A stretch of DNA of 64,000 nucleotides. It comes from Candidatus Peribacteria bacterium. GTDB lineage: Bacteria > Patescibacteriota > Gracilibacteria > Peribacterales > Peribacteraceae. Under the pieces are notes generated by a model. It was not told the DNA's origin. It did no database searches and saw only the letters and a list, made by a program, of their open reading frames with translations. A program made the translations under genes and the position numbers. Below, in pieces: positions 1 through 7,814 of this stretch (its first letter is position 1; every line of letters begins with the position of its first letter). The stretch covers positions 375-64,374 of the forward strand of contig JAHFJP010000004.1 of assembly GCA_023245765.1 (NCBI GenBank), in the 5' to 3' direction.

Positions 1-119
1 GGCAACGTGGTGGCAGATTTCCCCTGCGGACTATCCAAGACCTGCAGCATCCCGATATTGAAGAATTGAGGAGAGTCCGCAGTTATCTGCTGCAAAAAAT
101 TGAGTCACAGTTGCAGTAG
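1..119 (+). CDS. 3' end of an unidentified gene (partial)
   Basis: Frame open from nt 3 (QRGGRFPLRTIQDLQHPDIEELRRVRSYLLQKIESQLQ) to TAG at 117-119; the start lies outside the window. Confidence 0.4.
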   Translation, partial: QRGGRFPLRTIQDLQHPDIEELRRVRSYLLQKIESQLQ

Positions 120-159
120 TCGCAACAGCTGGTCTCGTTATTCAGATCGAAGTATTGAT

Positions 160-191
160 AAAAGAAAACCGCCTTTGGAGTCGGAATTCGA
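160..191. repeat. Terminator-like ~30-bp direct repeat, copy 1 (copy 2 at 1463-1494)
   Basis: AAAGAAAACCGCCTTTGGAGTCGGAATTCGA versus AAAGAAAACCGCCCTTTGGAGGCGGAATTCGA. Confidence 0.7.
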
Positions 192-259
192 TGAGCAATG
201 AGAAAAATCTTGCGTAGCGTTCGGAACACTTATAGGCTGCTGCCCTTTTTCGAGCAACT

Positions 260-583
260 ATGAACTCTGCACCTCAGTGGACTCCCCCTCGCAGCAAACA
301 AGAACTTCAGGTAGCGGAGGAACTGTTTGACCAAGAGCAGCACACGCTCAAGGGTGCCATGAGCGAGGGCATGTTTGATCGCGCGAAAACATTATCCATG
401 ATGCATCGTCTCTACGATCTGGGATTCCGCGACGACTTTGATTTTTCATATTTGAGTCTCGAGAAGCTCATAGTGCTCGTCGGCATCGTGAGCGCCCGAG
501 TGGCAGAGACGATGATTCCCAATTTTGATGGGAACGGTAATCAGGATATTCGCGGCGCGATTGAGCTTTTTGAGGGTCGATAA
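260..583 (+). CDS. Hypothetical protein
   Basis: 107-aa ORF with an upstream TTGCGT-N17-TAGGCT promoter-like sequence; no family recognised. Confidence 0.6.
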   Translation: MNSAPQWTPPRSKQELQVAEELFDQEQHTLKGAMSEGMFDRAKTLSMMHRLYDLGFRDDFDFSYLSLEKLIVLVGIVSARVAETMIPNFDGNGNQDIRGAIELFEGR

Positions 584-603
584 AAGCCTTCATCCTACCA
601 AAT

Positions 604-1320
604 ATGTCGTTCGACTGGCAAAGTCTGGAGAAGATCGGTGAGGGGACCGAACATGAGGTTTTTGTACATCCTCATGATCAATCCCGCGTGTTAAAAATTC
701 CGAGGAAAAGCTTGTTGGGAAGCAGGACCTATCGTGAGATTGTTGAAGAGCTTCGGGTTGCACGTGGTTCGTTTGGACGTTGGATCGCGGAGACAGCCAT
801 CGAAAAAGAACAGGAACACGGATATGTTATTCATCAGCGCAGGTTACATGGTCCCCATCTCAATCCTTCTGTTCTTGTTGATGGAGTGTTCGATGAGTAT
901 CAAGAGTTGCTTGCAGACCATCATGCCTTGTTCGATGCCAAAGGTATCGGCGTTGATTTCATCGGCTTGGAAGGAGCATGGAAATGCATACTTTCCCACA
1001 TGCGTTCGTACCGTTGCAGTCTGATAGATACGCTGTGCATCGCTCCATTTACACGGATGGCGTCGGGATTAGGAAGTCGCTTCCCGAATCTCCTGTGTCC
1101 ACGGAATGCGTCGGAGCTCTGGTCGAAGTCGGAATCGCTGCAGCCGGAATTGACCAACATTCTCGTTAACGGTTATGGAGGCAATTCGCGCGCACTCTCC
1201 ATTGTCGATTTCAATCCATTGATCGTCAGAGGCGTATCATTCGGTCGCATGGTGAGAGCGAGGATCGTGAATGCCGTTCAGAATTTTTTTATGGAACGCT
1301 ATTTCGTACGGAAAGTCTAA
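604..1320 (+). CDS. Protein-kinase-like fold hypothetical protein
   Basis: IGEGTEHEVF Gly-loop-like segment, RVLK lysine, TNILV and IVDFN resembling the catalytic-loop Asn and DFG regions. Confidence 0.5.
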   Translation: MSFDWQSLEKIGEGTEHEVFVHPHDQSRVLKIPRKSLLGSRTYREIVEELRVARGSFGRWIAETAIEKEQEHGYVIHQRRLHGPHLNPSVLVDGVFDEYQELLADHHALFDAKGIGVDFIGLEGAWKCILSHMRSYRCSLIDTLCIAPFTRMASGLGSRFPNLLCPRNASELWSKSESLQPELTNILVNGYGGNSRALSIVDFNPLIVRGVSFGRMVRARIVNAVQNFFMERYFVRKV

Positions 1321-1462
1321 GATTCAGTGGGTTGTATTTCTGTGAGATTCGCTGACCTCAAAAATCACTTTTCGGAAATCCTGGTTTTCCTCTTCAGCAA
1401 GGCAACCCCGGATGTTCCATGGGGTCGTGGAACATCCCAAACTGACTATAGTTTTGTGACAC

Positions 1463-1527
1463 AAAGAAAACCGCCCTTTGGAGGCGGAATTCGAGTCCCC
1501 AGGTAGGGAACCCAGACCTTGACAGCT
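1463..1527 (-). ncRNA. Candidate ~65-nt small RNA complementary to the tRNA-like RNA at 1600-1671
   Basis: Own promoter (TTGACA-N17-TATCCT), 5' part complementary to 1606-1637, and an intrinsic terminator CCGCCU-CCAAA-GGGCGG-UUUUCUUU. Confidence 0.6.
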
Positions 1528-1533
1528 GACTAC

Positions 1534-1562
1534 AGGATAGAGCCCTGAAAACGCATTGTCAA
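1534..1562 (-). promoter_or_regulatory. Sigma70-type promoter for the candidate small RNA
   Basis: -35 TTGACA (1562-1557), 17-nt spacer, -10 TATCCT (1539-1534). Confidence 0.65.
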
Positions 1563-1599
1563 ATATCTTTCACTACCCTGCGCTGTGCCGAATGTGTAT

Positions 1600-1671
1600 G
1601 GGGCCAGTCCTACGGTAGGACTCAGATCTTGACAGCTCTGAGGAGGGGTTCGACTCCCCCTGGCTCCACCA
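1600..1671 (+). ncRNA. Non-canonical tRNA-like RNA with Ala-type acceptor (G3:U70, A73, encoded CCA)
   Basis: Acceptor GGGGCCA(G)/(C)TGGCTCC-ACCA; T-arm GGGG-TTCGACT-CCCC; mini D-arm CCTA-CGG-TAGG; arm CTCAGA-TCTTGACAGC-TCTGAG with an oversized loop. Confidence 0.7.
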
Positions 1672-1772
1672 TTCGGCTTCGTGCGCCTTCGGTGACACTA
1701 CGCCGAAATTGCCCATGAAAAAATTGAGCTTAAGCCGAATGCCGCGGCGTAGTCCGCAGACGGAGCCGGGCA
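1672..1772 (+). repeat. tRNA-3'-associated palindromic element
   Basis: TTCGGCTTCGT...ACTACGCCG...CGGCGTAG...GGAGCCGGG, the same architecture as the 86-bp unit after tRNA-His. Confidence 0.6.
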
Positions 1773-1794
1773 CTTCGGCGCGCCAAAACGACAA

Positions 1795-1823
1795 TTGCAT
1801 CCCCAAGCCCTTTTCCCTACACT
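1795..1823 (+). promoter_or_regulatory. Putative fusA promoter
   Basis: TTGCAT-N17-TACACT. Confidence 0.55.
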
Positions 1824-1867
1824 CTCCCAGCTTTTGAGGATGCCTTGCATCCTATTCCCTTTGATCT

Positions 1868-3964
1868 ATGGACTTAAAAAACGTACGCAACTTCGGAATC
1901 ATTGCCCACATCGATGCGGGAAAGACGACGACGTCCGAGCGCATTCTCTTCTACACCGGCCGCGTCCATAAGATCGGCGAAGTGCATGAGGGCGAAGCGA
2001 CCATGGACTGGATGGAACAGGAACAGGAACGCGGCATCACCATCACGGCCGCTGCCACACAGTGCCAGTGGAAGGCTCCGATGCCCGACGGCAATGTGGT
2101 CGAGGCCACGCTCAACCTGATCGATACTCCGGGGCACGTGGACTTCACGGCCGAAGTCGAACGCTCTCTTCGCGTTCTCGACGGGGGAGTCGTGGTCTTC
2201 GATGGATCCCAGGGGGTTGAGCCGCAGAGCGAAACGGTCTGGCGACAAGCGGATAAGTACGGCGTTCCGCGTCTCGCGTTCGTCAACAAAATGGACAAGA
2301 CCGGTGGCGACTTCTTCATGACGCTCGGCAGTATCTTCGACCGTCTCAGCAAGAACGCGGTGGCCATCCAGCTCCCCATCGGGGCCGAGAGTGAGTTTAG
2401 CGGCATCGTCGATCTCGTCGGTAAAAAGGCTTACACCTTCGAAGGCAAGAACGGCGAAATCCGCAAGGAGATCCCGATTCCCGAGGAGATGCAGAATCAG
2501 ATCACCGAGTACCGCATGACACTCATGGAGAAGGTCGCGGAGAACAGCAATAACGAACTCATGGACAAGTTCCTGGAGAACGGCGCCCTCACGGACGAAG
2601 AACTCCGCAGGGGGATCCGGATCGCGACGGTCGCGAACAAAATCTACCCGGTCGTCTGCGGTTCCTCGCTCCAGAACATGGGCGTGCAGCTCGTGCTCGA
2701 TGCCGTCGTCGCCTACCTGCCGTGTCCGCTCGATATTCCGCCCGTACAGGGAACCAATCCGAAGGAAGAAAAAGAGGAGCGCAAAGCGAGCAATGACGAG
2801 CCCATGGCCGCCATCGCCTTCAAAATCGCCACGGACCCGTTCGTGGGCCGCCTCACCTTCATCCGCGTGTATTCCGGCGTGCTCAAGTCCGGAACGGCGG
2901 TGACCAATTCCCGCACCGGCAAGGGTGAACGCATTGGACGCATCGTGCGTTTGCATGCCAACCACCGTCAGGAAATCGATAAGATCGAAGCAGGGGATAT
3001 CGGCGCCGTCATCGGCCTCAAAGACACGCGCACGGGCGATACCATTTGCGATGACGCGCACCCCATCAAGCTCGAATCGATCACCTTCGCCGAGCCGGTG
3101 ATCTCGCTCGCGGTCGAGCCCAAAACCAAGGCCGATCAGGAGAAGATGGGTGTGGCTCTCCAGAAGCTCACCGAAGAAGATCCGACCCTCCGCGTGCGGT
3201 CCGATGAAGAAACCGGTCAGACCATTCTCTCGGGCATGGGCGAACTGCACCTCGATATCATCGTCGATCGCATGAAGCGCGAGTTCAAAGTCGAAACGAA
3301 CGTCGGTAAGCCGCAGGTCGCGTATCGTGAGACGATCCAGAAGAAGATCGAACACGAAGAGAAGTACATCAAGCAGTCCGGTGGTCGCGGTCAGTACGGT
3401 CACGTGGTGTTCACCCTGGAACCGCAGGAGCCTGGCAAAGGCTACGAATTCGTCGACGAGATCGTCTCCGGCCGCATCCCCCGCGAATTCATCAAGCCGT
3501 GCGACCAGGGTTTCCAGGAGGGCATGAGTCGCGGCATCCTCGCTGGCTACCCCGTGGTCGACGTGAAAGTGACGCTCACGGACGGTTCCTACCACGACGT
3601 CGACTCCAACGAATTCGCCTTCAAAATGTGCGCTTCCATCGGTCTGCAGGCTGCCGCACGCAAAGCCGATCCCGTGATCCTCGAACCGGTCATGAAGGTC
3701 GAAGTCGTGTGTCCCGAGAACTTCTTCGGCGACATCATGGGCGATATCAATGCCCGACGCGGTCTCGTACTCGACACCTCCGACCGCGGCATGGCCAAGG
3801 TCGTCTCGGCCCACGTGCCGCTGAGTGAAATGTTCGGCTACGCCACCGATATGCGCAGCATGACCCAGGGCCGCGCGAGCTACTCGATGGAGCCGAGCCA
3901 CTACGCCAAAGTGCCGAAGAACAAGGCAGATGAAGTTATAGCTGCACGGGCTGGAGGAAAGTAA
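1868..3964 (+). CDS. fusA: Elongation factor G
   Basis: [33 protein letters not shown] and DGSYHDVDS motifs; 698 aa. Confidence 0.98.
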   Translation: MDLKNVRNFGIIAHIDAGKTTTSERILFYTGRVHKIGEVHEGEATMDWMEQEQERGITITAAATQCQWKAPMPDGNVVEATLNLIDTPGHVDFTAEVERSLRVLDGGVVVFDGSQGVEPQSETVWRQADKYGVPRLAFVNKMDKTGGDFFMTLGSIFDRLSKNAVAIQLPIGAESEFSGIVDLVGKKAYTFEGKNGEIRKEIPIPEEMQNQITEYRMTLMEKVAENSNNELMDKFLENGALTDEELRRGIRIATVANKIYPVVCGSSLQNMGVQLVLDAVVAYLPCPLDIPPVQGTNPKEEKEERKASNDEPMAAIAFKIATDPFVGRLTFIRVYSGVLKSGTAVTNSRTGKGERIGRIVRLHANHRQEIDKIEAGDIGAVIGLKDTRTGDTICDDAHPIKLESITFAEPVISLAVEPKTKADQEKMGVALQKLTEEDPTLRVRSDEETGQTILSGMGELHLDIIVDRMKREFKVETNVGKPQVAYRETIQKKIEHEEKYIKQSGGRGQYGHVVFTLEPQEPGKGYEFVDEIVSGRIPREFIKPCDQGFQEGMSRGILAGYPVVDVKVTLTDGSYHDVDSNEFAFKMCASIGLQAAARKADPVILEPVMKVEVVCPENFFGDIMGDINARRGLVLDTSDRGMAKVVSAHVPLSEMFGYATDMRSMTQGRASYSMEPSHYAKVPKNKADEVIAARAGGK

Positions 3965-4052
3965 TACTGTCATCCCGAGTAGCTCACGGCGGAGCCGGGA
4001 GCGTACGAGGGAGCAGCGCGGGCGGGCGGCAAGTAAGAGGCTTGCTCTGCGT

Positions 4053-5768
4053 CTACGCGACAGTGGAGGGTTGTTCTGTCGGCGGCGTGGGGGCAGAGGA
4101 TTCACGTCGGCTGATTTCCTTATTTTTGTCGAGTATTTGTGCTTCCACGACAGCACGATCGACCATGCGCAAGGCTTTGGCCTGGCGTTGCTCGACGGTG
4201 TGACTGCAGCGAATGAGAATCTTCTCGACCACGTATCCTTTGGGTACGGGCATGCGCATGGAACCAATACCCTGGCGAATGAGCAGGATCATCTGTGATC
4301 GCACTGTCTCGTTGTGTCTGTGCAAGTACCGTCCCAGTTCCTGGCAAAAACTCTTCAGCAATTCTAAGTACTCTTTTTCGAATTGAGCAAAGCCCTGATC
4401 TCGCAATGATCTATAACGATTCGCGTCTCCTTTTGCTGCTTTGGCATAACTTTCCTGCGCCTCCATTTCCTTGCAGTACAGTCTGCGGATCCACAGGGGA
4501 AACTGTTCGAGGACAGGAGCTGCGTGTTCCCGTGCAGTACTCTGTTGAATCTGCTGATATGCACGTGTCCATGGTTGCAAGAATTCGGAGTCGCCATCTG
4601 CCGGGACTTCCGCGATCTTTCCGAGTGCACCCAGTGTGTGTTCAAACTGCCCGCGGAAGACAGCAACATATGCCTGTGCGGCGGCCTTCGGGTCGAATGT
4701 GGCGATTTCCCGCCGTTTGTCTTCCAATTCGTTCAGACGATTTTGCAATCGTCGGTTGCTGGTGGCTTCGTCTTTCCTTGCATCGGCTAATTCCTGTTTG
4801 CGCTGCTGCGCAATTCTGCTGTCCGCATGTTTGGAAACCTTCTGTCCGGACTTTCCGACGCGGACTTTGATTTCGCCGTTGCCCATTGTGCCTTGCGGTT
4901 CCACGATTTGTGCTAGTGACCCGACACGTCTTTTCGCTTGTTCAAGGTCTTCTTGGGCTCTCCGGCAACTATCGAGCAGTGCGCGAATGTCATCCTCGAG
5001 AGATTGCCTTTCGCTTGCCCCGGGTTGGTCCAGGTATGTACTCAGCTCCTCCAATTGTTGGGCAAGTGTCTGCAGGTGTGGTTGGGCACGATCAAAGAAT
5101 TTTGCATTCTGAAAGAGCAGCAGCGGAGCCGTTCTGCTGGTGGAGTCCAGTACAAAAATCTTGATATCGTCGATGCACTTGGCGAGCTTTTCCCGTGCCT
5201 CAATGCGTAGACGAGATGGCAGTTCTTTCTTTTGCCAGCGAAGCTTCAGTTCGTACAAGAAGTTCATGAAGATGCCCCATCTGCCTTGCGGCCCGTCCAA
5301 ATCGTCGGGAATCGACCGAATGTTTTCCACGTGCGCAAAGAAATTCCGCACATCTTCGGGCGTCGCTCGCTCCATAAAAAATCCGTACAGCGACGTCGTT
5401 TCTTGATTAAGAGCAAATAATTTTGCCAGACGTGCTTTTGCGTCAGACGCTTCCCCTGTGGGAATGCCTTCTTTCATCTCATCGAACATCGTTTCAAAAA
5501 GCGCCATATTCGCTTTTTGGGCTTTGTCTTCAATCTTCGGAGGCAAGGTGACATCAGGAAGTTCCACCTCGAGTGCGAGTGCACGTGCTTTCTCCCGGAT
5601 TTCCCCTATGCGTTCTCCAATCATCCGTATCATGTCGGAGCAACGTTCTTCCTGCATTGCTGTCTCTCTTCCGAGTTCTTCGCGGAGAAGATCATTCGTC
5701 CTTCCACTCATTTCATGTTCAATAGTCGGAGAGACAGCCGGCAGGGGCTGGATTTCTACGGACAACAT
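4053..5768 (-). CDS. Hypothetical coiled-coil-rich protein
   Basis: 571-aa ORF rich in E/Q/R/L heptads; no family recognised. Confidence 0.7.
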   Translation of the reverse strand: MLSVEIQPLPAVSPTIEHEMSGRTNDLLREELGRETAMQEERCSDMIRMIGERIGEIREKARALALEVELPDVTLPPKIEDKAQKANMALFETMFDEMKEGIPTGEASDAKARLAKLFALNQETTSLYGFFMERATPEDVRNFFAHVENIRSIPDDLDGPQGRWGIFMNFLYELKLRWQKKELPSRLRIEAREKLAKCIDDIKIFVLDSTSRTAPLLLFQNAKFFDRAQPHLQTLAQQLEELSTYLDQPGASERQSLEDDIRALLDSCRRAQEDLEQAKRRVGSLAQIVEPQGTMGNGEIKVRVGKSGQKVSKHADSRIAQQRKQELADARKDEATSNRRLQNRLNELEDKRREIATFDPKAAAQAYVAVFRGQFEHTLGALGKIAEVPADGDSEFLQPWTRAYQQIQQSTAREHAAPVLEQFPLWIRRLYCKEMEAQESYAKAAKGDANRYRSLRDQGFAQFEKEYLELLKSFCQELGRYLHRHNETVRSQMILLIRQGIGSMRMPVPKGYVVEKILIRCSHTVEQRQAKALRMVDRAVVEAQILDKNKEISRRESSAPTPPTEQPSTVA

Positions 5769-5831
5769 AATAATAAAATAAGATATTTTTCTAATTTAGT
5801 CAATAATTTGCAACAGACAGACGAATCCGCT

Positions 5832-5880
5832 CGTACCAGTGTGATAAAACATTGACCCACCTTCGCTCGGTGTGTATATT
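5832..5880 (+). promoter_or_regulatory. Promoter with upstream operator-like site (probable autoregulation of the YerC/TrpR-like gene)
   Basis: CGTACCAGTGTGATAAAACA (5832-5851) abuts TTGACC-N17-TATATT; same layout as 6787-6835. Confidence 0.6.
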
Positions 5881-5931
5881 CAGTAGCCGCACGGCCGAGC
5901 TTCGGCGGGCAGGCATTTTTCCCCCGAAACG

Positions 5932-6135
5932 ATGAGCAGCAATTTTGCATCTATGGATCACTTCGATGGTATGGCCTGGGGCAGAGAATCGGCTGCAATC
6001 ATCCTGGATCGCGTCGGAAATGATCCCGCCAGAGCGCAGGCTGAGCTGCATAACTTGTCCCACGGCTTCGGAAAAGACGGAGAGTTCGCAAATGAAATGT
6101 CTCTTCTCTTGAGCCGAGTTATCAATCAACATTAG
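5932..6135 (+). CDS. Small hypothetical protein, apparently co-transcribed with the repressor
   Basis: 67-aa ORF ending 4 nt before the next ATG. Confidence 0.5.
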   Translation: MSSNFASMDHFDGMAWGRESAAIILDRVGNDPARAQAELHNLSHGFGKDGEFANEMSLLLSRVINQH

Positions 6136-6139
6136 GACT

Positions 6140-6541
6140 ATGCCCACCCGCAAACGCTTCACCGAAGACAGTTACAAGAAGGAACCGTGGTTTCGTTCCC
6201 TGTGTCAGGCACTTCTTGGGTGCAAGAACGAAGAGGAAATGGGCAACTTCCTGCGTGATGTTGGGACTCTCAGTGAGCTCCAAGCCTGGGGTGAGCGTCT
6301 CGAGGTTGCCCGGCAGCTGAGTAAAGGCCTGAGTTACCGCGAAGTTGCACGCCTAACAGGTGCAAGCACGACGACCGTTACAAGAGTGGCCAAATTCATC
6401 GAAAACGGCCCCGGAGGTTATCGAAAGACACTCAACGTCCACCGGCATCATCGGATGCTCCATGCCCCCCAGGAGGCCAGTAAAGACCAACACAAAGCGG
6501 CAGCATCGGTCCTCCAGAAGTATCTGGACAAGAAGGCCTGA
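6140..6541 (+). CDS. YerC/YecD family TrpR-like (HisR-like) repressor
   Basis: FLRDVGTLSEL...RLEVARQL..GLSYREVA..TGASTTTVTRVAK..G.GGY signature; His-rich C-terminal extension. Confidence 0.92.
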   Translation: MPTRKRFTEDSYKKEPWFRSLCQALLGCKNEEEMGNFLRDVGTLSELQAWGERLEVARQLSKGLSYREVARLTGASTTTVTRVAKFIENGPGGYRKTLNVHRHHRMLHAPQEASKDQHKAAASVLQKYLDKKA

Positions 6542-6786
6542 GGGGCCTGTTTATGAGCTTTGACGGATAACCCCGACCGGCATTGTGCGCTGCCAGTTCG
6601 TCATCTTCTGGGCGAGCCAGATAAAGGGTTTCACAGTGGCGCTGTTGCGGCGGAAGCGGCCGTAATGGAGTGTCCGCTGCCAGGTGCGTGGTGAGAGCAG
6701 TGGTGTGGGAGGAGTGCGTTGCATGCCCTGTAGACGCGGCAATCGATCGATACTTACAGAATTACCCGGTCTTTCACTCCCCTCTC

Positions 6787-6835
6787 TGTATTACTGTGTT
6801 AATACATTGACATCGTAACAGTAGGGGATTATCCT
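6787..6835 (+). promoter_or_regulatory. Palindromic operator plus sigma70 promoter
   Basis: TGTATTA-CTGTGT-TAATACA (6787-6806) directly before TTGACA-N17-TATCCT. Confidence 0.75.
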
Positions 6836-6841
6836 GCCCCC

Positions 6842-6931
6842 GTGTTCAGAACTTTCACGAGTCACCGGCATGCCCATCATCACTCCCACGCAGGTGAGGA
6901 GAGGATGGCGTCGGCTGAACTCCAGTTCTGA
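6842..6931 (+). CDS. His-rich leader peptide (attenuator)
   Basis: GTG start 6 nt after the -10 box; MFRTFTSHRHAHHHSHAGEERMASAELQF* with 6 His in 9 codons; followed by a terminator. Confidence 0.8.
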   Translation: MFRTFTSHRHAHHHSHAGEERMASAELQF

Positions 6932-6964
6932 ATTGTATTGAGCCCTACTGGAAGCCGAAATCAT

Positions 6965-6990
6965 TCCCTCCACACTGGAGGGATTTTTTT
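6965..6990 (+). terminator. Attenuator terminator
   Basis: TCCCTCCA-CAC-TGGAGGGA-TTTTTTT; CTCCAGT (6920-6926) can pair with its 3' arm. Confidence 0.8.
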
Positions 6991-7052
6991 GGCTCTTTTA
7001 CATCATCGTGGATCAACTTTTCTAACCTATTTATTTCTTTCTTCCCTTCACA

Positions 7053-7802
7053 ATGGATTCTGAATCTTTCAGACCTCGATCGGGTAGCGATGAGGCCGCA
7101 CTAGAAGAATACATACTTGAACTCATCAACAAACTTTCTCCCGAAGATAAACCAATGGCTCTGAGAGCTCTTACTCGTTACGAGCGCGAAGGAGCGGAAA
7201 GCACCTACAGCACCGAACCCCAGTCACTTATCCAACTCATCGATGATTTGCGTCTCCTTCGAAACGCTAACTGGGTTGGGGACTTGGGTGCGGGTCCCGG
7301 TGATGTCGTGGGTGCATTGGCAGATAAATACCCCCAACTTCAGGTTACTGGCATTGATATCAGTCCGACGTTCGTGGCGAAATTTAATCGCAACAAAAAA
7401 CGACAGAATGCTGGAATGGCAGTCGGGTTGATCGATCAGCCTCTCTCGATTGGTGCGGATAATCGAACAGCCGCCATCTCCGTCCTGACGCTTGATCGTC
7501 TGGTGAATCCCAAAATGCTTATCGACAACATGGCGAAATTCAATGCCGCAAAAATTCTTGCCACTCTTTTACCCATTGTGGCTGAAGATGATAATCCCAG
7601 TCTCCAGGGCACAAAAAACATCTACACAGCTCCCGAGAAGCGCGTTGTTCCCGGCAAGAATGCGCGTGATGATCGCCAAGAGCTTTGGAAGCTTCTGCAG
7701 CGCAGTTGGAACAGCCCGGTTGAATTTGCCACTGTTCCGTACGTGGTATCGAGCTCTGGTGACCGTCAGGAATATGAACTCGGTGTCTTTTTTACTTCTT
7801 AA
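7053..7802 (+). CDS. Class I SAM-dependent methyltransferase
   Basis: VGDLGAGPG motif I and VTGIDIS motif. Confidence 0.85.
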   Translation: MDSESFRPRSGSDEAALEEYILELINKLSPEDKPMALRALTRYEREGAESTYSTEPQSLIQLIDDLRLLRNANWVGDLGAGPGDVVGALADKYPQLQVTGIDISPTFVAKFNRNKKRQNAGMAVGLIDQPLSIGADNRTAAISVLTLDRLVNPKMLIDNMAKFNAAKILATLLPIVAEDDNPSLQGTKNIYTAPEKRVVPGKNARDDRQELWKLLQRSWNSPVEFATVPYVVSSSGDRQEYELGVFFTS

Positions 7803-7814
7803 CTTTTTCATCCC

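Noticed and set aside
1600..1671. tmRNA (ssrA)
   Set aside because: The ends are tmRNA-like, but the whole RNA is only 72 nt, with no tag ORF or pseudoknots, and the order is not that of a permuted two-piece gene
1874..4267. 797-aa minus-strand ORF and similar long antisense ORFs (11939-13918, 20833-23031, 37135-38343, 50564-51901)
   Set aside because: Shadow frames of GC-rich conserved genes
6551..6742. 63-aa minus-strand ORF divergent from the His operator
   Set aside because: No recognisable motifs or clear promoter; cannot be supported, though not excluded
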